A stretch of DNA of 64,000 nucleotides from Octopus sinensis (Eukaryota): assembly GCF_006345805.1 (NCBI RefSeq), contig NW_021831852.1:1-64000 (forward strand), given 5' to 3'. Position numbers and translations under genes: made by a program. Numbering within the stretch: the stretch's first letter is position 1; each line of letters begins with the position of its first letter. The notes under the pieces are model-generated. The model did not search any database. It saw only the letters and a list, made by a program, of their open reading frames with translations, and was not told the DNA's origin. Positions 25,501 through 37,200 of this stretch are shown piece after piece.

Positions 25501-28500
25501 TAATACAATCCGAAAGCTGGGTATTGAGAGTATCCTAATCTCACCTGTGCAGACATTGTTGGCACCACAGTTGCGTAGTGGAGTTTCAAGCCTATATCCA
25601 GGTGTACGCTATCGGAGAAACGAAATTTTGTAGAGGAGACACCGATTATATCTTACAGGCAGATTATATCTAACAATTTTGATGTTTTAATTCTCAATTA
25701 TTAAAGGTTGTTCCCTTCTTCATCTGCTTTGATTTCCTGAGACCGTCAATTTCGTGCTCCCACCTCACGCACCCCAGATAAGTTGCTGGCTTCTTACTGG
25801 TTGCACCGGTTTGGGTGGGTTGTGCTATACATTTATCGAACGGACCCCTCTACTCCGAGATCCGGATGCGATATCTTTTAACTAAATCGACAAATGATGC
25901 GGGATAGTTGTTATTTTCATATTGTAGTTATGATGGCCTTATTTGCGCCGAGTTCCAACTGATATTTGTAATTGACCGATGAATACTCGCACATGGCGAA
26001 TATTCTATCATTATTCTATTGAGTTTTATCATTATTCTATTGAGAAGTATATATACTCATACCCAAGTTTACGTATCATACATACATCCGTTCATAGCGG
26101 AGACCGATACACATTCTGATATTCTGAGATTAATCTCTCAAATCTTTGACATCAACGTCACCAACAAGCTCAACAGACAAATGTCTTCTTTCTTTCTTTA
26201 CAATTTATTCTTATTATTTACATCTTTCGTTCTGACTTTCATTCATTCACTCGTTCTTTCTTAAATTCTAATTTCTCTCTTCTCCATCAATTCCTTCCCA
26301 TCCAAAAACCTACTTTGTAAATGATCCCCCAATTCTTTCTTTTAAACTACATTATTTCATTTTAATTTCACAGAACCCGGTCTCGGATCATTGTATACCC
26401 GGTGGGGTAGAACAACTTGTCCTCCTTATTCAAACCTTGTATATGACGGTTAGTATACTTTATATTTCTGACCTCTCATTCTCTTTTTGTCTTTCTCTTG
26501 TTCTCTTTTTATACCTCTCATTCTCTCTTTTTGTTGCCTCCCTTTCTCTCACACCCTCTCTCTCACGCACATGCACACACACTCACCTTTGTCGGGGTTC
26601 TGACATAAACGTTTTCAATCCTCTTACGATATGTCACGTTTCAAACGTCTATACCTGTAAACTATACAAAAACTACACAAGACTGCTTACTCCTTTGTAG
26701 GTATTTGGTCAAATCAGAATATTATATGTTATCTACTACGGACCAAATGAAAATGATGTTGTCTAACCGCAGAATATAGATATCTCTACGTTAAATTACA
26801 GATAGGGGCGGGACTGAAAACCACCATGGCGATCAAGAATTTCTGGCTGACCAGCTTTTGATTGTATATATCAAATACCGAGGCTGCTAACTGGTGATCA
26901 ATTGTCCAGGCTACGGATGGTGGTATTGTACGTGAGTGACCAGAGCTGAAAAGTGGCCACTTGACTATCATAACTAACTAGTGCCCAATGATCGTAGGTG
27001 TGGGCTAAATTGAATAGAGTCTATTATAATTGATGACAGTGACTGTAAACGATTAATGAAATGAACGCACAATGTAGAATGAGGACTGGACAAGCCACAT
27101 GTAACTGATGGAAAAAGCTAAGGACTTTATTCATTAAGTAAAATAGAGAGAGACTAAATATTAGTGAGAGAACACAACAGAGTACAGAATGCACTTCTAT
27201 TCTTCTCCGCGTCACCGAAATCGTCCTATCGCTAAAACCTTGCTCTTTTCATGCACCACATCACCTCATTAATTATCCAGGATATTTTTGTAAGGTAATT
27301 CCGAAACTTCCAATTCAAAACTGCTGCTACAAGCTGCGTCCCCAATCAACCTCACATTCCTTTAAAATGCTCTGAATCTGCTCTTTATAAATCCTATACG
27401 TATATTTTATCGGTCGCCGACTCCATCACCAAAAATATCCCCGTTCACTCGTGAACACCTTTTCCATTTCGGGTAAACACGAGTACATGCGTTACCGAAT
27501 TCCTTTCTTTTTCTCCTTCTATTAACATCCACTCACGCAAATACACTTCCCCATGCAAACTTACATAATAATCCACGTCATATCCCCAAATACTTGCCCG
27601 TATACACACAACATATATAATATACATATACTTACATATATATTATATATATATATATATATAAAATATATATATATTGATTCAGATGAATATGGCACTT
27701 AAGTTGATCCTCCAGAATTTTACGACATTATCCATACAATTTCAAATTAAGGTGATTAAAATTAAAATAAGCAACGATGATATCCAGAGATAATGCAGTA
27801 CGTTCGTTTCATTCATGCACTCCATTTAATTGAACAATGCAATCATTACATCAGTTTAAAATTAGAGCAATTTTCAGCTGCAAAATACGTTGGATTTAAT
27901 TGAATTCCAACAGATGGACACATTTGTATAATTATACTTAAAATCTCCAAAATATTACATAGAACATGTTGTCTCTACTTCAGCATAGCAGTTACTAAAA
28001 TTATAAAGAAGACTCAACTTACCACTGATTTTTTGTCTTTATGGGGTCAGTTTTAATTTATAGACTAATTTACAATCCTTTGTATATCTAAGCCTGAGAG
28101 AACATAGGGCAGTATCTGTTAGGGGAGGGCTCAGGCAGTAGATAGACATTCTAGTTGGTATAGTCATAAAAATTCAAGAATTATTGTAAGCAATACTATG
28201 AGATTTAGTAAGGGAAAACTTAAAACAAGGTGTTAGCTGATAATTAAGGGGGTCGCACACTGGCAGACAATTGACAATGAAACGGAAGGTCTTATCATAT
28301 ATTATAGTTAAATATTTTAAACAATGTTGCTATGAATACAGTTGAAGTTTAGGGTTTTCCAAAGAATTATTTAGAAGAATATTATAACAAAAGGATAGAA
28401 ATTGTTGAATATTTTTTCTATTCATAAGTATTCATAAATTTTTTGATAATTTTATTAACTACTATGCTGAAGTAGAGACAACATGTTCTTTGTGTATCTC

Positions 28501-28691
28501 CTTAACTTCTTGGAGATTTTGGGTATAATTATACTAATTTGTCAATCTGTTTTAATTGAATTAAATCCTATGTATTTGTGCAGCTGAATTCCTCTATATT
28601 TTAAATTGATGTAATGATTGTATTGTTCAATTAAATGGAGTTGCATGAAACAATCGTACTGCATTATCTCTGGATATCCTTGTTGCTTACT

Positions 28692-28743
<52 letters not shown>

Positions 28744-29448
28744 GAGAATGCAAATGCACAGCTATGATCTCAAGCATACACCAACACACAGCTTAAACTC
28801 ATATAAACACTAACATATACACCACAATTCGTTCACACGTGGCTAAACATGACTTCTTTTAAGGGTCAAATTGTAATGAATGTTTCCGTTATTTCATATA
28901 TAATTTTGCTTAACATCTTTTTTATTTGATTTATTCTTACCAATTCTAGGTGTGGTTGGTGGACAATTCTTTGACCACACAGGTGGCGGTAGTAATCTCT
29001 TGTGTTTACCTAACGATCCCATTTGGGCCAATTATACGACAGAAGTAGAAAAATGTGGTTACATTTATGGCAGTGAATATCAATTCGAATTATACCCAAC
29101 TAATAAACTCTTTTTTTTGCTAACGCTGAATCAATTTATGAACACAACGTTCCGTGCGCTGTCTGTTTGACACGACAACCTGCTGTTGTAATGATGTTAC
29201 CAGCTAGGACACGCTGTTACCCTGGTTGGACGATTGAATTTTCAGGATATTTGATGACCGCGCGTCATGATCATAAGGGCAGACTTGAATATGTGTGTGT
29301 GGACTACGCACCAGAAGCTGATCCAGCGGGTTACAGTAACGAAGACGGAGCTCTATTATATTTCGTTCAGGCTGCTTGTGGTTCATTGCCATGTCCACCG
29401 TATGTCAATGGTCGAGAATTAACCTGCGTTGTGTGCAGTAAATATTGA
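19086..29448 (+). CDS. Copy B of the same gene (19086-19228, 23281-23332, 26374-26448, 28950-29448); 1-nt deletions in exons 1 and 4 as assembled
   Basis: All splice sites intact. Exon 1 is 143 nt (C missing between T runs, atttttctct) and exon 4 is 499 nt (C missing in ttttctttt). The two ORF-track pieces 28952-29170 and 29167-29448 together give the full domain. Confidence 0.75.
20969..21245 (+). mobile_element. tRNA-derived SINE in intron 1 (copy B); homologues 34999-35230 (+) and 51838-52072 (+)
   Basis: A box TGGCCCAGTGG (20979-20989) and degenerate B box GGTTCCGATTCC, followed by a non-tRNA body. Confidence 0.75.
23567..23845 (+). mobile_element. 5'-truncated CR1/L2-type LINE 3' fragment, copy B only
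   Basis: RGHSEKL...[23 protein letters not shown].....FKASLD is the typical CR1 C-terminus; A-rich tail; putative ATATG target-site duplication; empty site in C (gagtatatatgcagtg). Confidence 0.8.
27769..28690. mobile_element. Foldback/MITE-like element with ~245-bp imperfect terminal inverted repeats in intron 3; homologues ~43268-44182 and ~57481-58400; absent from A
   Basis: 27769-28010 (aagcaac..gatatccagagataatgcagtacg...aacatgttgtctctacttcagcatag) is the reverse complement of ~28438-28690; sits between (TA)n tracts. Confidence 0.75.
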
Positions 29449-31149
29449 ATAGAAATTTACATTCGTTTCTATATGAAAATTTATGTCGGCGAATCATAAA
29501 ATATAATATAATAAAGCAACATATACGTTTCTTGTAATTGTGTTTCGCAAAATTTTATACGACTAATTATATCGTTAAATAAATTGCTGCTACAAGTTTT
29601 CAGAAAATATTCAAAACGAAACAACAGAGACGTCATAGAATGTGACAAATAGCTTAACAGTACGATGTAATCCTCAGGGAATGATTCTAGAATACATTGT
29701 ATGAGGTTCAGTTTATCACATTTCAAAGTTGAAATAAAATGATGATTCGATTAAATGTGTGTTGTATTCCGTCTTAAAATGAAAACAATCCCCAAATGAA
29801 ACACCTCCGTACAAATATATCACCCTTTCATGATCAATCTTCAGAAAACACGAAAAAAGCTTATAACTAACACTCACTAAATTACTCCCATACGTATCAT
29901 TGTAACTACAATCGATGCGATGAAATCTCTGCAATCCAATCGCGGATATTACCTAATAAAGGATATTTGATATCCACTGAAGAAATACCACAAAATGTTG
30001 ACTACCTAACGAGTTGTCAGGTTACTAACACATTGAAATTTTCACGAAACGCTTTCGAAATGGGTACAAGTACACGTCCCACGATTAACTATTTTCAACC
30101 TACATTCACATATTCCACTCTCTTCTACAAAAATCACACACATACACAGCCTTGCATCACATTACACACGCAGCCTCTCATCGTTCCCTGAAAACTGATG
30201 TGCCAAAATAAAATATGAAACCACCAAGAAATATGAGTAGACTTCAGGAACAGCATCAACCGAATCTACAGCAACACCACAAAACATCGAGTTCAAAATT
30301 ATCTCCATCTGTAACATAAAACTATCAAACTCGCAGAAGAGGAACTTGCTTCGAGATACATGAATACAATAACTGTAACACACATAAACGACTTAGTAAG
30401 GAAAGGAACAGCACTTATAAAATATACATTAGGTGGAATCAGTGCAACATGTTGAGTCTTTCACACTCTACCCAGCATGATTGCTCCTTGTATGTGGGAG
30501 TTTGTAGAATGGCTGCCAGATAAACGAAGGTATCCGTGGAAAGAGGGATCTGTGGGTGGCAGCACGTTTTTTGTCCGATTAATTGCGTGCCATAAGAATG
30601 CTCGATTGTGAAAAGGCTAGAGAAAAAGAATAATAATTAAGTAATATGAAAGCACGAAATGCAAATTGACAAATGAATATATGGAAACATTCAACATGGC
30701 GTTTCCAGTGAAGTATTAGCGCTCAGTATTAGGCACAAGCAATTTTTAGGTTCGTTAAAATGTGCTAATGGCATATTTCAAAATCTAAAGGCAAATTCTG
30801 TGCAAAAAGCTGCAAAAACAGCATATCAGTCCAGTGCTGCTCCCTATCGGGTTCCAGTTCAGCCGTTATCAAAAGAAAATACCGAAGAAGGGAATATCTG
30901 GACAAACTTATAGCCATAGCTTTAACTTAAACATAGTCAACAACAACGAGTAAGTGACGCCATTAGAGCGCCAGGCTGGAGTCTGTCGTGAGTTACCTCC
31001 CTTCGGTATTTCTCTTTGATAAATACTTCGCTAGAGGAGTTGACTTCAACCTTGTGCCCCAACAGTAAATGCGGTCGCTCGTACGTGCCCGCATCTTTCC
31101 TTCTGTGTGTGTGTGTGTGTGTGTCAGTGTGTGTGATTGTGTGTGTGTG

Positions 31150-31203
<54 letters not shown>

Positions 31204-32150
31204 ACTATGTGTGTGTATATGTGTGTGTGTGTGTGTCACTATGTGTGTGTTTGTGTGTGTGGTTGTGTGTGTGTATGTGTGTGTGTGTGTATGTCAGTTT
31301 TGTGTGTGCGTGTGTGTGTCAGTCTGTGTGTCAGCATGTATGTGTGTGTATGTGTCAGTGTGTGTGTGTGTGTCAGTGTGTGTCAGTGTGTGTGTGTGTG
31401 TGTCGTACGGTGTGTGTCAATGTGTGTGTGTCTCAGTGTGTGTGTCAGTGTGTGTGTGTGTCAGTGTGTATGTGTGTCAGTTTTGTGTATGTGTATGTTA
31501 GTGCGTGTCAGTGTGTGTGTGTGTGTGTCTGTGTATATAAGTGTGTTTGTGTGTGTCAGTGGTGTGTGTGTATGTATGTCAGTGTGTACGTGTGTGTGTG
31601 TCAATGTTTGTATGTGTGTGTTTGAGTAAGGGTTTGTATGTGTGTGTGAGTGTATGTGTGTTTGTGTGTGTCAGTGTTTGTGTGTGTGTCAGTGTGTGTG
31701 TGTTTGTCAGTGTGTGTGTGTGTTTTCTGTGTATTTGTTGGTTGAACGAAATATTTCCCACACTGAATAATAAAACAGTTTCCCAAGAATAACAAATAAA
31801 ATTAAATAACAACATTAGTAAATAAATATATCATAATATATCCAGAAACAGGAATCATTTCACTTTACACGTGTCTCTCATTCATCAAAATATTTTGCTA
31901 ATTATTGTGTGTGACAATATCAAACCATCTCTTTCCAATAATTAAACCTGTCAGACAAGTTCACGCCCACTTTTACAGTTCCACCAATCGCATTGGTCAT
32001 AAATTTACGATATGATCTATGCCAGAGCTGGTTGTTGTGCGCTCAATAAATACGTGGAATTCAGTTACAGGTCTTCAGCTTAAACCTCGCATCTCGATCT
32101 TTTGTTGAAGCCACACGAAGTATCACTTACGGCCGACAACTGTCACCAGA

Positions 32151-32754
32151 ATGGATTTCGCACAACTGTCCGGAATATTTCGCGCGTTATTCCATTTCTT
32201 CTCTCATAGCTTTTGGGGTTCTTCTCGTTCTGACGATCGTGATTCTTAATCAAGATTCAAGAATAGGAAAAATGGAAGAGAAATCGAAAACGGTAAGTCA
32301 TGGATTTTGTGTTAATATATGTATGTCTTTATGTATTTATATATGCATGTATATGTATGCATTTACGTATGTATGTATTAATATGTGGATGTATGTACGT
32401 ACGGATGGATGGATGAATGTAAGGATGTATGCATGAATCACGTACACATGTTCCTATGGAGGACACACACACCCATAAGATCACACACGTAATCACACAC
32501 GAACACACAGGCGCACACACCTAAACATACATATATATACATGTACATATATTTGAATATATAATATACATATATATGTATATATAATATACATATATAT
32601 GAATATATTAGTGCGTGAACATATATAGATATATATATACAAACAAATGTATGCGTGTGTGTATCTATCACTGTATCTCTCTGTCTATCTCTCTCTCTCT
32701 CTCTGTCTATCTCTCTCTCTCTCTCTCTCTATTTATCTATATATATATATGTAT

Positions 32755-32799
<45 letters not shown>

Positions 32800-33173
32800 T
32801 ATATACATATATTCTTTTACCTGTTTCAGTCATTTGACGGCGGCCATGCTAGAGCACAGCGTTTAGTAGGACAAAGTGACTTAAGGAATTATTCTTTGTA
32901 AGCCTATTGCTCATTCTATCGGTATCTCTAGCCGAACCGCTATGTAACGCGGACGTAAACACACCGACATCAGTTGAGAATCGATAGTGGTCCGACAATA
33001 ACAGACACATACATAAAACATAGATACATACACACTATGTGTGCTATACACACACACACACACACTTACATCTATATATATATATATATATACATATCAT
33101 ATATACATACACACATATATAGTTACGTATGTATGTACATTCATATCTATCTATCTCTCTCTCTCTCTATCTG

Positions 33174-33247
<74 letters not shown>

Positions 33248-34161
33248 CGTTCACATTCCTGTCTTCTACCAAGAAATCTAATGCTTACAGCTTAGTTTTT
33301 TTTCTTGCAGCTGGCCGAGTTGGAGCAAATATCAGAATTGAACAGCCGAAATTTGCTATGATGATTCGGTGTCTGACTGAAGATTGAAGGATTCGAATGA
33401 TTTGTCTGTGTTCCGTGTTCGTCCCTTCCTGTTTTTCACGTTCATTATATATAAAAACATTCATTCTTATATTATTGCGGCGTTACGTGCACCCCCCCCC
33501 CCCCGTTTGTTTGTCCAATTTTAAACCCTGCACGACTTCTATACACACTGTCTTTTACTACCCGCCATTGCTTCTTTACCAAACTTTTTGGCGCCATCCG
33601 ATTCTTCCCCTCTCTTCCTCCCATCCTCCTTAATCCCTTCTTTCTCCTTCTCTCTTGGTCACTGATTCTGTCCCCTGCCTTCCACCCTCTTTGATTCCCT
33701 CTCTCTCTGTCTCTCTTTCTCTCTCTCCTGCGACCTGCTGCTTCTTCAACCATTCTGTTCGTATCTCGACCAACATGTGTCCCCGCTACCGAAACGGTAA
33801 TTATTTCTACGCCAGCTGCTATGTTGTTGTTGTTTTGTCTCATTTGGTCTAAAGTCGTATGACAACCACCGTTATATATATTTTGTTTTTTCATTACTGT
33901 TTTCAATTTCGTTTTCGTCTCTTGTATTCACATCCGTCTTGTGCGTTCACATTCCTGTCTTCTACCAAGAAATCTAATGCTTACAGCTTAGTTTTTTTTC
34001 TTGGGGCTGGCCGGGTTGGAGCAAATATCAGAATTGAACAGCCGAAATTTGCTATGATGATTCGGTGTCTGACTGAAGATTGAAGGCTTCGAATGATTTG
34101 TCTGTGTTCCGTGTTCGTCCCTTCCTGTATTTCACGTTCATTATATATAAAAACATTCATT

Positions 34162-34202
<41 letters not shown>

Positions 34203-37200
34203 TATATATATAATATATATATATATATGTATATGGATATATATATATATATATATTTATGTATATATATACACACATCCCAAGGAAACACAAAGAAGGG
34301 TGGAATTGTACGCCTGTCCGATCGCTCTTTCACCAGACATAATCCTGGAGAGGGAAATAAGTGCGTAATGAAAATAATCTAATGGTGGGGTTCCAGCATG
34401 GCCATGCCCTGTCGCTGCAACGTTTAGCCCTATTAATATTAGTGTTAAGTATTATATCTAGATGTACACTTACACACACGCACAGAAACAGACACATACA
34501 AACACACACACACACGCACACATAGAAATACGTACATATTTACACACATTTATCTATTTCTCTCCATCAGGAACGGAAGTGAGGCGAGTTTTTTTTAATC
34601 TTTTCTTTCCAACTGAAAATAAAACGTGCGGGTGCCAATGTAGATCGGTGAATTTCGTAATGTTTGACTGTAATTCACGTTGGTTTTTATATATGACAAT
34701 ATGTAAGAACGAATGTAAATACATACACACAGACACACGGACAAACACACGCACAAATAAACACAAACACACACACACATACGCACGCACGCACACAGAC
34801 ACACGTGCTCAATTGTACACGAACAATCACACTATACAGTGTATGTCCACTCACATATATGTGTGCGTTTGTGTGTGTGTATGCGTATAAGTAGATACGT
34901 CTATTTGTGATATTTATGGTGTGTATGCTTATGTGTACGTGTATACCTATATATTGATATGTATTTATATATATATATATATATATATATGTCTGTGTGG
35001 AGGCGCAGTGGCCCAATTTTTAGGGTCGCGGACTCACGGTTGTAGGATCGCGGTTTTGATTTCCAGACTGGGTGTTGTGTGTGTTTAAGGCTCCACGAGG
35101 TTGTGAGCACTCTTTCGCTACAACTTTCTCCCTTTCTTCTGTTGGCCTGCTCGCTTAGCCAGCGAAGTGCTTTGTAACCAGCGATGTGTAGCAACAATTG
35201 ATAGCCTGGTCGGTCACGGTGATCACGGAGATATATATATGTATCATACGCACACAATACACGCACACACACATACACACATACATACTCACACACCAGC
35301 ACAGATGCCCACATATACCTTTAACAAACAATGCTCATACAGATACGCACACACTTATACACACATGGGTACAGACACACACGGACATTCACGTGCTTAA
35401 GCGCACACACGCACACAAGCACACGAACGCACATTGCGCCCACATAACTCCACCCCCCCACACACACACTCACACACACGCATGAACAAAATCACATAGA
35501 CACCGATACATATACATACACATAATATATGCCTCCACGCGCACACACACATACACATACGTATCCACATATACATACGTATACACATATAGACACAGAC
35601 ACACACACGCATGCAAAAACATATCTACACATGCAAGCACATATCCACACTTACACACACATTCCTCCTCCTCTACCACTCTCCTGTCTTTGAAAGAACG
35701 TTTCTTCACCCATTTCCTTACGGTCATTCAAAATGTGCCGGCGTGTGTACCGTTGGCGATCTTTTTTCCTCTGTCTTCCATCCTCTGGATCTTTCCTTCT
35801 CGTATGTTTCCGACGAAGAGCTCCGCTCGAAACGTTAATCCCTTCTTCTTTCCTTTTTCCTGAGCGTCCAATAATACTATATTTGTTCCACGTCCTCGCG
35901 TTGTTGTGTTTCTTTGTGCTTTCTTGTTTGGATTAAATTTAACTATATATATATACATGTGTGTGTGTCTATATAAATATATATATATGAGAGCATACTT
36001 TCGATATGAGAGAAAGGCAAAACCCAGATTGGTTCAATGCTGGGCTCTCAGAGCTGGAGCCAGTTATCGAAGCAAAGCGTGCAGCTCTGATGCAATACAA
36101 GAGTGACTCTTCTACAAAGTCACTCGAAGAACTCAGAAAGGCACGAAATAAAACCCAACTGACAGCCAGACGCTGTGCAAATAGGTATTGGCAGGAAATC
36201 TGTCAGAGTATCCAGTCAGCTGCTGACATGGGTGACACCTGTGGGATGTATGGCGGTTTGAAGAAGGCCCTCGGTCCATCCGCAACAAAGTCAGCCCCTC
36301 TGAAATCAACTACTGGAGATCTCATCAGGGATCAAGGCAAGCAAATGTATAGATGGGTGGAGCACTGCCAGGATCTCTACACTCGGGAGACTACAGTGGC
36401 TGAGGCTGCAGTCGAGAGCATCAAGATCTTGCCAGTCATGTGCGAACTTGACAGTCCGCCATCTATAGCAGAGCTCACCAAGGTTGTTGACTCCCTAGCA
36501 AGAAATAAGGCTCCGTGAAAAGACGGCATCCCCTCAGAGATCATCAAAGCCGGCAAAAACACCATCCTGCTTCGGCACCTTCATGAGCTTCTGTGTTAGT
36601 GCTGGGAAGAGGGTACAGTCCCTCAGGATATGCGGGATGCGAACATCATTACGCTTTACAAAAACAAAGGTGACCGTGGTGATTGTAACAATTACCGTGG
36701 TATATCCCTTCTAAGCACTGTTGGAAAGACCTTTGCCCGCGTTATCCTGGCCAGGCTACAACTACTTGCTTCTCGAATATATCCGGAATCGCAGTGTGGC
36801 TTTAGAAGAAGCAGATCAACTATCGATATGATATTCTCCATACGCCAACTTCAGGAGAAGTCCAGAGAGCAGAAAATGCCATTATATATGGCCTTCATTG
36901 ATCTAACAAAGGCTTTTGACTCGGTAAGCAGAACAGGCCTCTTCATCCTGCTCCAAAAAATCGGATGTCCACCAAAGCTGCTGAGGATCATCAAGTCTTT
37001 CCATGATGACATGCAAGGCACCATACAGCACAACGGTTCAACATCAGCCGCCTTTCAAATAAAAAACGGGGTAAAGCAAGGTTGTGTCCTCGCTCCTACA
37101 TTGTTTGGCATCTTCTCGCTCTTACTTTCACATGCCTTTCAGACATCAGATGATGGAGTGCTTCTGCATAGTAGAAGTGACGGGAATCTGTTCAATCTCT

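Noticed and set aside
33376-33400. Hammerhead in the direct repeats (ctgaagattgaaggcttcgaatg)
   Set aside because: GAAT instead of GAAA, and no stem I or stem III pairing
33472-33906. 144-aa minus-strand ORF inside the direct-repeat element
   Set aside because: Largely a translation of a CT-rich low-complexity tract with no recognisable motif
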